This document shows positions 1-11,383 of a stretch of 64,000 bases of DNA, one piece after another. Position numbers and translations under genes: made by a program. Below the pieces are notes generated by a model. It had not been told where the DNA came from and searched no databases. It saw nothing but the letters and a program-made list of their open reading frames with translations. Position 1 is the stretch's first letter. Each line of letters starts with the position of its first letter. The stretch is from NCBI GenBank assembly GCA_963787175.1, contig CAWBCA010000012.1, forward strand, positions 5,033-69,032, given 5' to 3'. The DNA comes from an uncultured Acidobacteriota bacterium. Lineage in GTDB: Bacteria > Acidobacteriota > Vicinamibacteria > Vicinamibacterales > 2-12-FULL-66-21.

Positions 1-1185
1 CATCCGGCCGCGCTGGCGCTGGGCGTCGGCTCGCTGGCGCTCGTGGTGATGGTTCCGCGGTGGCTGCCGCGACTTCCGGGCTCCATCGTGGCTCTCGTCC
101 TGGGCACGGTGGCTGTCGTGGTCTTTCAATTGCCAGTGGAAACGATCGGCTCGAAGTTCGGGGCCATCCCCGGTGGCCTTCCGCCAATTCAGATACCTGC
201 CTTCCGCGTCGACCTGATTCTGCCGCTGCTGCCCGCGGCAATGACGGTGGCTCTGTTAGCCGCGGTCGAGAGTCTGCTCTCCGCTGTCGTCGCGGACTCG
301 ATGACAGGCGATCGGCACAACTCGAACGCCGAGCTCATGGCGCAAGGGGTGGCGAACATCGTCACGCCGCTCTTCGGCGGAATTCCCGTCACCGGAGCCA
401 TTGCACGGACGGCGACGAACTTCCGCTCGGGCGCCCGCTCGCCGGTCGCCGGTCTGATCCATGCCGCGACGCTGCTGGTCATCGTTCTTCTGTTGGCCCC
501 GCTCGCCACGTATGTGCCGTTGGCGACACTTGCAGCCGTGCTGTTCGTCGTGGCCTACAACATGGGCGAGTGGCGGGAGATCTCTGGCATCTGGCGTCTT
601 GACTGGGCCGACAAGTCGGTCTGGATGATCACCTTCGCGCTGACGGTGATGGCCGACTTGACCCTAGCCGTCGAAGTGGGCATAGCGCTGGCCGCTCTGC
701 TCTATATCTACCGCGTCACGGACACGACCAGCATCGCGACCGTCACGCCCGAATACATAGAAGATGGCCGCGCCCACGTCTTGCAGGACAAGCACGTCCC
801 ACCGTACGTCACGATTCTGCGCATCCACGGGCCGTTTCTGTTCGGGATGACGGACAAGCTCGCGGACGTGACTACGGACCTGTCGCAGTTTGCGCCCATC
901 GTCATTCTCCGGTTGCGGAACATGACGGCCATCGACGCGTCGGGTCTGCATGCGTTGGAAGCGCTGAGCGATCGCCTCAGGAAATTCGGTCGCACACTGA
1001 TCCTTTGCGGCGCGCGCCACCAACCCGCACAATTTCTCCACCAGGCCGAGTTCGTCAACCATGTCGGTGGCCGGAACATCGTACCGCACGTCCAGGCCGC
1101 GCTGGCGCTCGCTGAGGAGCTGCATTCGCGCTTTTCCCTTGTGGGTGAGGAGACCGCGCGCGATCTGGCAACCGCGTCGCTCTAA
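1..1185 (+). CDS. SulP-family anion permease with C-terminal STAS domain (5' end outside window)
   Basis: The frame of ORF 43..1185 stays open back to base 1 (HPAALALGVGSLALVV...). Hydrophobic SulP core includes GGIPVTGAIARTATNFRSGARSP. STAS-like tail follows (ILRIHGPFLFG...LRLRNMTAIDASGLHALE). Confidence 0.85.
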   Translation, partial: HPAALALGVGSLALVVMVPRWLPRLPGSIVALVLGTVAVVVFQLPVETIGSKFGAIPGGLPPIQIPAFRVDLILPLLPAAMTVALLAAVESLLSAVVADSMTGDRHNSNAELMAQGVANIVTPLFGGIPVTGAIARTATNFRSGARSPVAGLIHAATLLVIVLLLAPLATYVPLATLAAVLFVVAYNMGEWREISGIWRLDWADKSVWMITFALTVMADLTLAVEVGIALAALLYIYRVTDTTSIATVTPEYIEDGRAHVLQDKHVPPYVTILRIHGPFLFGMTDKLADVTTDLSQFAPIVILRLRNMTAIDASGLHALEALSDRLRKFGRTLILCGARHQPAQFLHQAEFVNHVGGRNIVPHVQAALALAEELHSRFSLVGEETARDLATASL

Positions 1186-1305
1186 CTGCGCAGCGAATTA
1201 CCAAAACGTAGTCGCCAATATGGTTGATGCACCGCGGACAGGCTCTGGAAGCCTGGAGAGGCGCTCCTCAGAAGAAGCTCGTGCACCGTCCCACCAGCCG
1301 ACGGT

Positions 1306-1644
1306 CTACGGAGTCGCCGTGGGCCGGCGGTACAACATGTAAGTGAAACGGCCATGCAACCAGGCCTCGCCCGCGGCGTCGTCATGCTTGGGGCTGATTG
1401 CCTCATCGTGCACGTGTGCATAGTGTCCGCCGAGGCGAGCAACCTCTTCAACCAGACGGTTCTGCGTGTTGGTCATAAGCTCTCCGTAGCACTGGTCCCA
1501 TAGCTCGTCGCGGTGAGCAAGCGTCCCGGAGATTCGACTACTGCTGGCCTCAACAGTGTGTTCGGCTACAAGTTCCGCATCGAGTGGCGGCAGATCTCGA
1601 TGCCAGTAGACGATGATCGCGTTGTTGTCGTGGCTGCCCGTCAT
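1306..1644 (-). CDS. hypothetical protein (112 aa)
   Basis: ATG at 1644 lies inside ORF 1306..2094. Only the last 112 codons look protein-like (MTGSHDNNAIIVYWHRDLPPLDAELVAEH...HGRFTYMLYRRP). No family recognised. Confidence 0.45.
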   Translation of the reverse strand: MTGSHDNNAIIVYWHRDLPPLDAELVAEHTVEASSSRISGTLAHRDELWDQCYGELMTNTQNRLVEEVARLGGHYAHVHDEAISPKHDDAAGEAWLHGRFTYMLYRRPTATP

Positions 1645-2493
1645 TGGCACTCCCTGATAACACGTCGAGCCCACAGGCCCAATCGCACTCACCGGTGCGT
1701 GTCGGAGCAACGATAGCACCCGAGGATCATCACACAGCCGTCTTTTCGCCTCCGTGCGTGGCGCGCGACCTTGATGAACCGACGGCGATCGCCATCCATC
1801 CCACCGCGTTCGGTCAAAATTACGGGGTACACGTTTGATGATTGACGGCTGCGCGCTGGAGATGTCGAACGTCGGGGGCGCGCCCGAGATGGCCACGACG
1901 ATCGAGGAGTGGCACACCATTATGACGGACTTGGGCTGGGGCTGAGCGCCAGACGGCGCAAATACGGCGCCAAGGGCCGTTGCTGACCGCTGGTCCCTCT
2001 GCACAAGCCACGAGTCCTGGCAGTAGACGACACTGGTGCTCCGCCGCGCGGTGCTCGTACGGTTAGGGCGAGCGGAGTGCCGCGGCAGCTTCATCCCTGA
2101 GAGTCGTCGAATGTCGAAAGATCCATCACCCCACCAGACTGCCCATCACCCGAGCGCCGCAGTCCCACCCGCGGACCCGTGCCCGCGTGTCCACGCTGCC
2201 AGAACGCACTGACAGCCGTCACGAGCCACACCACTCGTCATGCTGCGCGCGCACACGCGCCAACCTACGCGCCCGGACGCGGAGTCCGAGCAGACACATC
2301 ACCACTGTGAATGGCTAGACGAGGACGACCGGGAGGAGGACGTGCTTGGGCCGCGGAGTGACGGTGGGCCAGCCTCATTCCATCCCAAGCATGCTCAGCG
2401 GCGACCGCTGTGTCGAACGCGACGAGTCGCCGACAGCGGGTGAGGCCGTCAGCCCCCAGACTCGCGCCGTCTGGGCTGCGATCGTTCGAGTCA

Positions 2494-2940
2494 TCAAGCG
2501 CGTGCTCCACGTTTCATGCCCCAGGCAAGGCCACCGGCCGCTCCGAGGTCATACGCGAGACAGAAGGCCGGCCACCAAACTGGCACACCTGAATTCTCCA
2601 GAATATTGCCGTGAAGGGCATCAAAGACGCCATGGCCAGCAAGTCCACCAACGACGATCCACGCACTCGACTTGAACCCGACGACGGCAGCGATGGAGAA
2701 ACCGGCCATCACCATGGACTCGAAGAGCACCGTTTGAACCGAGCCGCTCATCGCGGCAAACAACACGTAATACAACGCAATCACGATCAGCACCGTCGGA
2801 TAGAACGCTCGGTCACGATCGAATCCAACGCGCCTCGCGAACAGTGCAACACTCAGCGAGAGCACAATTCCGATCACGTATGGCACGGGTAAGTCCTTCT
2901 TGGAAATACACAACAGCTCTTGACCCTGGAGCGATTCCAA
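2494..2940 (-). CDS. integral membrane protein, unknown function
   Basis: 148-aa ORF with about four hydrophobic helices (VIGIVLSLSVALFA, VLIVIALYYVLFAAM, MVMAGFSIAAVVGF, WIVVGGLAGHGVF). No overlapping better ORF. Confidence 0.55.
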   Translation of the reverse strand: MESLQGQELLCISKKDLPVPYVIGIVLSLSVALFARRVGFDRDRAFYPTVLIVIALYYVLFAAMSGSVQTVLFESMVMAGFSIAAVVGFKSSAWIVVGGLAGHGVFDALHGNILENSGVPVWWPAFCLAYDLGAAGGLAWGMKRGARA

Positions 2941-3693
2941 TCCGTACGGCGCACATGGGAGGTCGCGTGCGGCTCATTACCGTACTGTGTGTGCTCAGTT
3001 CCCTACTGTCCGTGCAGTGTCGCTCACCGCGAACGGGAGGGCTTAGAAGTCTACACCGCGATCGACCTCGAGCCAGGCACGCAGCCGCTGCAACCCGTCA
3101 CGCGTGACTTGTCCGTTGGCGGACAGCTCCGTCAGGAGTGCGATCAATTCGCGCCCTACGGACGTATTGCGGTCAGCCTTTGACAGCGTGACCCGCTGCG
3201 GCGAGTGATCCATGAACGGAGGCCTCCACCGAGTGAAGGCCGGCGGGCCTGCGTGCGACAATTTACGCAGCAGGCCGGCAGGCTATCGCTGCTGACTGGC
3301 TTAGGAGCGCTTACGCGTGCCTGCCCGACTCCATCAGCTTCCGCACGCCGTCCGCCTTGTATTGCCGCTGCCCGTGCGGCGAGCGCTGGACGGAGCAGAG
3401 AAGCACTCCCGAAGATGAACCACAACAGCAACGGACGGCGTGAAGGACTCGACGAAGCTGCGAATCGATGCGCCCCGGCAACATGACGGAGAGCGCTGGT
3501 TGGAGCGCGCGACTGTAAGTCGTGCGCGTCATTCCGGGCCGGTTCCCGGGTGCCCTTCGCTCCCCCTGACAGTGGTCGCTACGGCCACAGATGACCCAAG
3601 ACGCCCCAGCTGCCCAAGTTCTGATCTTCGACTGATGCCGGGGGCCCGCGGACGTTCCTGATAGCGCGTGATGAGCTCGAGGTCGGTGGTCGA

Positions 3694-4179
3694 CTACTTC
3701 ACGTGCTCCCGTAGATAGTCCGCGACGTCGGCGACGAGGCGATGGACGGATGCCTCGGCGATGCGATGCCCCACCATGGCATCGAGCGCACCGCCGACGA
3801 TGCCGAGCGGCGGTGCGTAGCGGCCCAGAAAGTCGAGCTGGGTTTCCGTTGCCGTCAGCGGGTACAACGACAACTCGGCGTTCATGATGGGAAACAGTGC
3901 GGCGCGCTGGGCCGCCGACCATTCGATCGGGATGCGCGTGACCCGCGACATCGGCGCATCGTGCGACTCCTCGCTGATCGTGCCCACCCTGACGTCGACC
4001 TCCGCAGCGACATCGAGTGGCCCGATCTTCACGCGCAGCGCCGTGGCGACAGCCCTCGCCCGCGATGCCGCAGCGTTCGTCGCCGCGCGCAGCACGCCCG
4101 CCGGGTCCCTCACGAGCGCATCACGTACCGCCGAATAGGGGTGGTTGACGTAGTCAAATGTGCGGATTTCGCGGTTCAT
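3694..4179 (-). CDS. hypothetical protein (SRPBCC-like by composition)
   Basis: ATG at 4179 (MNREIRTFDYVNHPYSAVRDAL...) within ORF 3694..4230. Non-repetitive, balanced composition. Family assignment is a guess. Confidence 0.55.
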   Translation of the reverse strand: MNREIRTFDYVNHPYSAVRDALVRDPAGVLRAATNAAASRARAVATALRVKIGPLDVAAEVDVRVGTISEESHDAPMSRVTRIPIEWSAAQRAALFPIMNAELSLYPLTATETQLDFLGRYAPPLGIVGGALDAMVGHRIAEASVHRLVADVADYLREHVK

Positions 4180-4586
4180 GGGCGGGTCCTTGAGATCACA
4201 ATCGTGGAGCGCGGAGCGCGGACCCATCATAGCCGACCGCTGACGTCGCGGCGGCGGAGACCGTCAGGACATCTCGGGGGTTGCAACAGGTGCGCCCGCT
4301 TCCCCGGCGCAGGGTTGCGACGGAATGCCCGCCAGTCGTGAACTCCGCAATGTCGGCGAAAATCCCATGCCGTCGGCGCGGCCCACGCCAGTGCGCATGC
4401 CGGCACGTCTCGAGAACACGCGGAACCGACCGCTGACGATCGGGAGACCGTACCTCGCAGGCGTCGGCTCGTCGCCGCAAGCCGTTGGACGCACAGCGGC
4501 TCGAAAAGCGGGTGGCACGGGCCGACGCGCAATTGTCGCGCACCTGTGGGATAGTTCGCACGTGATCCTATTTCCGGGGTTCCGGC

Positions 4587-5639
4587 GTGCGCCCGGCCGC
4601 TGAGCGCGTCTCCAGGCCGGCCGGCACCACGACCGCACGGCGCGGGTTTCTGACCGCGGTCGGCCGCGGGCGCCGCGAGCCTCGTCCGCGGACCGAGGCA
4701 GGCGGCTACTGGATCCGCGTGCACCGCCGCGCGATGGCATGCCGCTTCGAGATCACGCTCGCGGCCGAAGATGCTGCGTCAGTGGCGGCGGCGGCACGCG
4801 CGCTCGACGAGGTAGACCGGATTGAGGACGAGCTGAGCGTGTTCCGCGCCACGAGTGCGGTTTCCGAGGTGAATCGCCGTGCCTCCTGCGGGGCCGTGGC
4901 GGTGCCGTCGGACCTGTTCGATTTGCTCGCAGTTTGCCGGCGCCTGCATCAGGATACGGGCGGCGCGTTCGACATCACGAGCACCCCGCTCAGCCGCTGC
5001 TGGGGTTTCCTCCGGCGGGAGGGACGGCTCCCTGCGCCGGACGCAATCGCTGCCGCTCGCGCGATGGTGGGGTTCGATGCGGTGCGGCTGGGTAGCGCAG
5101 ACGCATCCGTCAGCTTCAGCCGCCCCGGCACCGAGCTGAACCTCGGCGCGATCGGCAAGGGCTACGCGCTCGATCGCGCGGGCGCCGGGCTCCGGCGTGC
5201 GCGCGTGGCCCATGCCCTGCTCTCGGCCGGCCAGAGCAGCCTGCTCGCCGTCGGCGGACGCGGCCAGGGCTGGCGGGTGGACGTCGTGTCGCCGTTGGTG
5301 ACCGGACACCCGATCGCCGCCCTCTGGCTGCAGAACGCCGCCCTCGGCACGAGCGGCGCCGGAGAGCAGTTCGTCATCGCCGACGGCCGACGCTACGGCC
5401 ACGTGATCGATCCCCGGACCGGGTGGCCCGCCGCCGGCATCGTCAGCGCAAGCGTCATCGCCTCCGACGCAGCGACCGCGGACGCGCTCTCCACCGCGTT
5501 CCTCGTGGGCGGCGTCGGCCTGGCAGAGCGCTACTGCGCCGGACACCGTGACGTGCTCGCGCTCATCACGCCGGACGACGGGTCCGGCCGGCCGGTTGCG
5601 ATCGGCGGCCATCCCGGCGCCCGATTCGTCCGGCTTTGA
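4587..5639 (+). CDS. apbE: FAD:protein FMN transferase (ApbE family)
   Basis: ApbE-like strings: MACRFEITL..., FDITSTPL, LNLGAIGKGYALDRA, YGHVIDPRTGWPA, DALSTAFLV. N-terminus has an RRGFL Tat-like motif. Exact start uncertain. Confidence 0.85.
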   Translation: MRPAAERVSRPAGTTTARRGFLTAVGRGRREPRPRTEAGGYWIRVHRRAMACRFEITLAAEDAASVAAAARALDEVDRIEDELSVFRATSAVSEVNRRASCGAVAVPSDLFDLLAVCRRLHQDTGGAFDITSTPLSRCWGFLRREGRLPAPDAIAAARAMVGFDAVRLGSADASVSFSRPGTELNLGAIGKGYALDRAGAGLRRARVAHALLSAGQSSLLAVGGRGQGWRVDVVSPLVTGHPIAALWLQNAALGTSGAGEQFVIADGRRYGHVIDPRTGWPAAGIVSASVIASDAATADALSTAFLVGGVGLAERYCAGHRDVLALITPDDGSGRPVAIGGHPGARFVRL

Positions 5640-5657
5640 CTCGACCGGGTTCTCATC

Positions 5658-6197
5658 ATGCTCACGATGCGCTTGTCGCGTTTCCAGCAGACCGCGCTCG
5701 TAGTCCTGCGGACACTCATCGGCTGGCACTTTCTCTACGAGGGCTACACCAAGCTCCTGCATCCGGCGTGGAGCCAGAACGGGGTGCCCCTCCAGCCCTG
5801 GTCGTCCGCCGGGTACCTCAAAACGGCGACCGGTCCGCTGGCGCCGCTGTTCCACCGGCTGGGCGAGGCGTCGTGGATCGGCTCGCTCGATCTTTTCGTG
5901 GCGATCGCGCTGACGGCGATCGGGGTCAGCCTGATACTCGGCGTGTTCACGCAGTCCGGATGCGCGGGCGCGATGACGCTGCTGGCGATGTTCTATCTCG
6001 CGGCGATTCCCACCGGCCGGGCTGACGCCCGCGCGGAGGGAGCGTATCTCCTCGTCAACAAGAACCTGATCGAGGCGTGTGCGGTCGCCGTGCTGTTCGC
6101 ATTTCGCACCGGCACGATTGCAGGGCTCGATCGCTTGTGGATACCGTCACGAACCGCAGCAGCGGGCAACGCCGGCATGAAAGAGGCGGCGGTATGA
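5658..6197 (+). CDS. DoxX-family membrane protein
   Basis: [17 protein letters not shown]... plus four hydrophobic segments typical of DoxX. The stop overlaps the next ATG (ATGA at 6194-6197). Confidence 0.85.
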   Translation: MLTMRLSRFQQTALVVLRTLIGWHFLYEGYTKLLHPAWSQNGVPLQPWSSAGYLKTATGPLAPLFHRLGEASWIGSLDLFVAIALTAIGVSLILGVFTQSGCAGAMTLLAMFYLAAIPTGRADARAEGAYLLVNKNLIEACAVAVLFAFRTGTIAGLDRLWIPSRTAAAGNAGMKEAAV

Positions 6198-7482
6198 ACC
6201 TGACACCCGAGCAGATGGACCGGGGACGGCGGAACTTCCTCAGGGTTCTGGCAGGCACGCCGGCAATGGCGGCGCTGGGGGTGGCGGCGGGACTGCGCGG
6301 GCCGATGCCCGGCGGGCGCGTGCGCCTGGCATTCGTCGGCGTCGGCGCCCAGGGCCGCGCGCTGCTCGGGAACGTCGACCCGGGATACAGCGAGGTGCGC
6401 GCGCTCTGCGACATCAACCCGGCGCAACTCCGGCTCGCCGACGCGGTGCTCGAGAAGAACGCGATGCCTCCGGGACGGCACTACGCGGACTGGCGGGAAA
6501 TGCTGCAGAAGGAGGACGTCGAGGCGGTGGTGATGGCGCCCCCGTTGTGGGCGCACGCGGAGCTCGCCACCGGGTGTCTCGACGCCGGCAAGCACGTGCT
6601 GTGCGAGAAGATGATGGCGTGGGACGTCGAGGGCTGCGAGCGGATGCGCGCCGCCGCCGAACGGAACGGCAGGGTGCTCGAGATCGGCTACCAGCGTAAC
6701 TACAGTCCGATGTACCAGGCCGCCTACGACGGAATCATCAAGGCCGGCACTCTCGGCGACATCTATCACGTCGCGGCTGGCCTGGCACCGCAACGGCACC
6801 TGGCGGCGGAAGGGCGAGCCGCCGGCGCCCGACTACGATCCGTCGCCGTGGGGATACCCGACCTTCGATCACCTGTTCAACTGGCGGCTGTACTGGAAAT
6901 ACTCGCAGGGGCTGATGGCCGAGCTGTGCAGCCATCAGGTCAATGTCGCCAACTGGTTCTTCGGGGCCGCCCCGGAAGCGGTGGTCGCGTCGGGCGGCCT
7001 GTATCGTTTTACCGACCGGCGCGAGGTCTACGATCACGTCTACGCGACGTTCGAGTACCCGCGGCGGCCGCACCGCGGTGTTCTCGTCGATCGAATCCAA
7101 CGCCTTTGACGATTACTACGAGATCTACTTCGGCACGAAAGGGACGCTGATCATGCTCCACGAGCGTGACGCGCTGCTCTTCGAAGAGAGCGGCGGACGG
7201 CAGACCGGCATCGAGGTGACGCCCGCGGGCGCCGGCCCGGCGGCGCAGTCGTCCGAGACGATGTCGTCCAACACCAGCCAGGGTGCTGCCGCACCTGCAG
7301 CGGCGGCGGCAGGCGAGGCGGCCAGCCGTCCGGCCGCCACACGCATCGAGCTGCAACGGTTCTGCGCGGCGATCAGGGTCGGCACACCGCTCGCGTGCGG
7401 CCCGGAAAAGGCCTTCGGCTCCGCCCGCGCGTGCATCCGGGCCAACGAGGCCATCAAGGGCAAAACCCGCCTGACGATCTGA
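6194..7482 (+). pseudogene. Tat-exported Gfo/Idh/MocA-family oxidoreductase, frame broken twice as assembled
   Basis: [21 protein letters not shown] (twin-arginine signal) and a Rossmann fold (VRLAFVGVGAQG). The product continues in a second frame from ~6778 (AWHRNGTWRRKGEPPAPDYDPSPWGY...SHQVNVANWFFG). It continues in a third frame from ~7062 (GGRTAVFSSIESNAFDDYYEIYFGTKG...). Confidence 0.8.
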
Positions 7483-7645
7483 ACGCGGCCGGTCGCGCCC
7501 GCGTTCAAGCGGCAGCGAGGACGACGAGGCGTGGGACTGGGCGTCGCCGAAGTGTCGGGGCAGGAGATTCCCATCTGTTGTCGTGCCGACGAGATGAACA
7601 CCGCTCGGGCTGACAGGCGGCTCTGGCGGCTGCAGGTCATCGTCG

Positions 7646-8575
7646 TCACTGCTGCCTGACCGCATCGGCTTGCGGCGGGTAGGCGACCAGGAAGTCATAC
7701 GCCGCGGCCAGTTCCTCATCTCGCAGGTAGTGAAAGACCGGCATCCGTCCGCGGTAGTGGAACGACTGTCCGGCAACCGTCACCGGCGCGCCGCTGCGGA
7801 CCTTCCTGATGAAGAGGATCCGCGGATTGTCCGCGAGCAGGACGCTCATGGCGGGGATGGCGCCTTGCAGCATGGCGTCGCGAGCCGGACGCGGACCCGC
7901 GGCGTCGTGACAGATGTGGCACGTGCCCTTGACGACGTGTTCCCCCAACCGGCCCCAGCTGACGGTCCGTGCAGACAGCCGCTGCGCATCGGGATTCCCG
8001 GCGAGTTGCGTCAGGTAGGCGTAGAGCACGTCGACCTCCGCTTTCTCGAGATGGGCGAGCGGCGGCATCCGCTGCCCGCCCTTCTCGATTCGGCGGTAGA
8101 GATCGGTGCGCGCCTGGCCGGCCTGCGTCCTGGCTGCGGCGCTCGCAGCCTTGCCGCCCGGCTGCAGCTGCCGGCTCACCATCGCCACGGACGACCCCTC
8201 GGATCGAATCGAGAACCGACTTGATTTCCCCTGTGGCTCCGGTGCCCTCCGCCCGGTGACAGGCCTGGCAGTTGAGCCGGTCACAGGTCGGCGCCGGTCA
8301 GCGCGACGGAGTGCGGGGTGATGCTGGACCGTTGCATCGGCCACGGCGGGGGGCACATCGTTCGGAGCAGGGCCGTAGCGGCCGGCGCCGCGACCGAGGC
8401 TGGTGTCGCGGTACCTGGTGTTCAGGTGGGACAACCAGCTCGGGCCTGCGACCGGCGTCACGGCCGGCTCCGCCGAACGACCGGGCTGTGCCTCGCTTCC
8501 GGCGACGGCTGCCGCCAGCGCGCTGGCAATCGAGGCAGCGACAAAGACTGCGTGAAGGGCGGACGGCGCTCTCAT
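7646..8575 (-). pseudogene. c-type cytochrome (two CxxCH motifs), frame broken as assembled
   Basis: Signal peptide MRAPSALHAVFVAASIASALA. CHICHD lies in the long ORF frame (plus 7907-7921). A first motif, LNCQACHRAEGTG (plus 8256-8270), lies in a different frame of the same strand. This implies at least 2 indels between ~8215 and ~8300. Confidence 0.65.
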
Positions 8576-8910
8576 CTGCGTCCCTCCCGTAACCGAATCA
8601 TGAACCTGGTGTGCCCTCTACTATACAGAGTTCTTCGACTTGCCTGGCTGCTTCATCCCATCGCTCCCGCGGCGTACGCAACCCGTCTCCAGCCTGCTTT
8701 GTCGCGAGTGCCGGCAACGAGTCGGTGCGGCGATTACGGCACCCGGAGTCAGGTACGGCAGGAGCGGATCGGACTGGCATGTGGCGTCCGATGGCCAGCA
8801 AGTCCGCCAACCGCCAGCAAGCCGCCCACGAGATCGCAAACGCCAAGCCCGCGTAGATCGGAGCCGGGTGGCGGTTCGACAGGGCCTGCATCCTGCGCAT
8901 GGTGGACCTC

Positions 8911-10110
8911 TCATGACTTGCCGAGCGCGGCATACAGCGCGTCTCTGAGCGCCACGTCTCGCGGATCGCCGGTCAATGTCGTCCCCATCTGGCTCGTCAT
9001 GTACGCGTAGCCGATGCCGGCCCGCGGGTCCGCAAAGCCGAGCGAGCCGCCCGCCCCGGGTGACCCGAACGAGCTCGCGCTGCCGAACGGCCAGGCGGGG
9101 CTCGGCTTCATGAAACCGAGCGAGAACCGCACACCCTCGCCCTTGAGGCATTCGTCATACCAGCCGCGTGCCGGAGGGAGCGCCTCGGCCGCTAACAGGT
9201 CGAGCGTTCCCTGGCGCAGCCCGAGCTCGCGGCCGCCCGTGGCGAACACGCTGTATGCGTGGGCGATGGCCCGAGCCGTGCCGACGCCGTTGCCGGACGG
9301 CACCTCGAGGTTTCGCGCGTAGATGCGTTGCGGGTCGAGATACACGGCGGTGCCCGGATTGATCTCGAGCGCCCGGTAGATGTTGGATCGTCGATTCATC
9401 GCGTCCACGGCCAGGCGCAGCGGGAAGCCGACGAGCATCTCGATTCGCCGGGGCGGCGCGAGGGTCGCCAGGCGGGAATTCGGGACGTCCGCCGGCAGCC
9501 CGATGTACACGTCCAGCCCAAGCGGCGACGCGATCTCCTCCTGGAAGAACTGTCCCAGGCTGCGATGCTGCGGCTCGACCCGTCGTAACAGTTCGCCTTC
9601 ATAGAACCCGAGCGTGAGCGCGTGATAGGCCTGGCGTGTGCCGGGCTCCCACGCGGGTTTCTGACGCGCCAGAACGACCGCCAGGCGATCGACGTCAGCG
9701 ACGACGCTGCGATCGACCGGCTCGTCGATCGCAAACAGCCCTGCCTGGTGTGCGAGAAGCTGCCGGACAGTGATTCGTTCTTTGCCCTGCTGCGCGAACG
9801 CAGGCCAGTACGTGCACACCGGCACCTCGTAGTCGAGCCAGCCGCGCGAGTGGGCCACGGCGAGCGTCATGGCGGCCAGGCCTTTCGTGGCCGAGTGGAC
9901 CACGACCATCGTGTCCCGGACCCACGGCTCACCCGTCCGTCTGTTGCGGATACCGCCCCAGAGATCCACGACCTTCTCGCCGTGGTGGTACGCGCAGCAC
10001 GCGCCGCCCAGTTCACGTCGTTGGGCGAAGTTTTCCGCAAAAGCCTCGCGCACACCTTCGAAGCCGGAGCTGACATGTCCCTCTACCGCGTGTGATGCGA
10101 GCGCCAGCAT
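8911..10110 (-). CDS. serine hydrolase (beta-lactamase/esterase family)
   Basis: ATG at 10110 (MLALASHAVEGHVSSGFEGVREAF...). S-x-x-K nucleophile motif in VVVHSATKGLAAM. Typical length of ~400 aa. Confidence 0.85.
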   Translation of the reverse strand: MLALASHAVEGHVSSGFEGVREAFAENFAQRRELGGACCAYHHGEKVVDLWGGIRNRRTGEPWVRDTMVVVHSATKGLAAMTLAVAHSRGWLDYEVPVCTYWPAFAQQGKERITVRQLLAHQAGLFAIDEPVDRSVVADVDRLAVVLARQKPAWEPGTRQAYHALTLGFYEGELLRRVEPQHRSLGQFFQEEIASPLGLDVYIGLPADVPNSRLATLAPPRRIEMLVGFPLRLAVDAMNRRSNIYRALEINPGTAVYLDPQRIYARNLEVPSGNGVGTARAIAHAYSVFATGGRELGLRQGTLDLLAAEALPPARGWYDECLKGEGVRFSLGFMKPSPAWPFGSASSFGSPGAGGSLGFADPRAGIGYAYMTSQMGTTLTGDPRDVALRDALYAALGKS

Positions 10111-10162
10111 GTGTCCCTCCCGGCCACCACGTGGCGGCCTCGATAAGCTGCCAAGGACGGTG

Positions 10163-11383
10163 TCACGCCGCATCCCGGCTGGCGGTCGGAGCAAGCACGG
10201 TCTCTAGCCGGCGCCCAGCCGGTTGCCGTTCAGCGCGTGACGCGATTTCGAGCAACTGCTTCCGCTGCATGATGAAGTGCACCATCCGGACCACCAGTCT
10301 GGTCAGCGGCAACGGCAGTCCATGGAATCGGTACCCGGGTCCACCGCGGACGCGGACGAGCAGGCGCGTCACGCAGGGCGCCACCTCGTCGAGCACGAAG
10401 GTCCACGTCACCTCTGGCGAGCCGTCCGGCGCCATCCACCCCAGCGTCAACACGCGCTCTGGATCGAGAGCGAGCAGGACGAATCCGTCCGTCACGCCGG
10501 GCAGCGCAGGGAAGATGGTGCCGACGGTTGGATGCTGGCGTTCCGGCAGGATGTCAGTCGCGCTCGGTTGCCCTCGGTTGTCGAGCCAGTCGTAACTGTA
10601 CCAACCGCCGCGGCTCCCGGCGCCCATCTGCACGAGCCACGGCCAGACGTCTGTCGGTGCCCGTCGAATCGTCACGCCGTGTGTCAACGTTTCCATGACC
10701 TGCGGAATTCGCTCGTCCCCTGGCAACACGGACGTGCGTTCCTGCCGACTGGCCCGAACCGATTGCCAGACTCGGGCGCAGCGAGAAGTGCCAGCAGGAC
10801 GTTCGGCGCGTCGGCGGACCGCGCGCAGGAGCTGCGAGGTGACAAACGCGCCCATCGGCTTGATCACCCGCCAGAAGCGTGCGAACTGGCACTCCGCGAG
10901 TGGCGACAGCGCTCGCGTCGCGTGCTCCAGGACCAGCCTGTGCTCACCCGGGCGGCCGGTGGGCGCCACGCGGATGCTCATGAACAGCTTCTCGTAGCCG
11001 GGATCGTCGAACGCCTCGAAGGCCTCCCGACTGGCGAATTGCTGCGGCCGCTGATGAACGCGATGCAGCTGGGCGGCGGATCCGGTGATCACCTCGCGTG
11101 GCGCCTCGTCGCGCAGGACAAGCGTGCCGCTCGCTGTGAGCGTCACCAGGAAGGGCCGCCCCGAGTCGCCCGGCGGCATGTGGCCGGCGAGCCGCGAGGG
11201 CAGGTAGCGAAGCTCCCCCAACAGCCAGGCCAGCTTCATGTCGCGCAGCGTGACCTCGCGAAGAGCCTTAAAGATTCTGTCCGGCGACGCCCGCACCACG
11301 ATCGCAATCCGGTCGCGGAACCGGGCGCCGCGCGCGATGACTTCGAATGTCGGAGATACCGGAACGGCCTGACGGTGCGCCAT
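10163..11383 (-). CDS. hypothetical protein with two tandem SRPBCC-like halves
   Basis: 406-aa ORF. The N-half (..[14 protein letters not shown]...[11 protein letters not shown]) and C-half (..[14 protein letters not shown]...[10 protein letters not shown]) have the same layout. The N-half resembles the product of 29005..29745. Confidence 0.65.
   Translation of the reverse strand: MAHRQAVPVSPTFEVIARGARFRDRIAIVVRASPDRIFKALREVTLRDMKLAWLLGELRYLPSRLAGHMPPGDSGRPFLVTLTASGTLVLRDEAPREVITGSAAQLHRVHQRPQQFASREAFEAFDDPGYEKLFMSIRVAPTGRPGEHRLVLEHATRALSPLAECQFARFWRVIKPMGAFVTSQLLRAVRRRAERPAGTSRCARVWQSVRASRQERTSVLPGDERIPQVMETLTHGVTIRRAPTDVWPWLVQMGAGSRGGWYSYDWLDNRGQPSATDILPERQHPTVGTIFPALPGVTDGFVLLALDPERVLTLGWMAPDGSPEVTWTFVLDEVAPCVTRLLVRVRGGPGYRFHGLPLPLTRLVVRMVHFIMQRKQLLEIASRAERQPAGRRLETVLAPTASRDAA

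Noticed and set aside
3043-3693. Short ORFs between 3.0 and 3.7 kb. Examples: 3043..3261(-) and the tail of 3311..3922(-), which reads ..CSVQRSPHGQRQYKADGVRKLMESGRHA*.
   Set aside because: There is some protein-like text but no start or RBS context, no family recognised, and mutually overlapping frames. Left unannotated.
4779-5855. Long antisense or alternate-frame ORFs. Examples: 4779..5855(-), 13168..14796(+), 20455..21615(-), 21261..23135(-), 23314..24543(-), 31335..32714(-), 32797..34437(-), 56135..57247(-), 57244..58218(-), 10277..11635(+), 61333..62412(+).
   Set aside because: They overlap genes with clear family signatures on the other strand or frame. Their products are Arg/Pro/Gly/Ala-rich low-complexity text, typical of shadow ORFs in high-GC DNA.
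8598-8933. ORF 8598..8933(-), with text resembling the N-terminus of a CPBP/CAAX-type membrane protease (..HPAPIYAGLAFAISWAA..).
   Set aside because: The similarity covers ~20 residues only. The rest is Arg-rich and no catalytic EExxxR/FxxxH motifs follow in any frame. At most it is another eroded stub.
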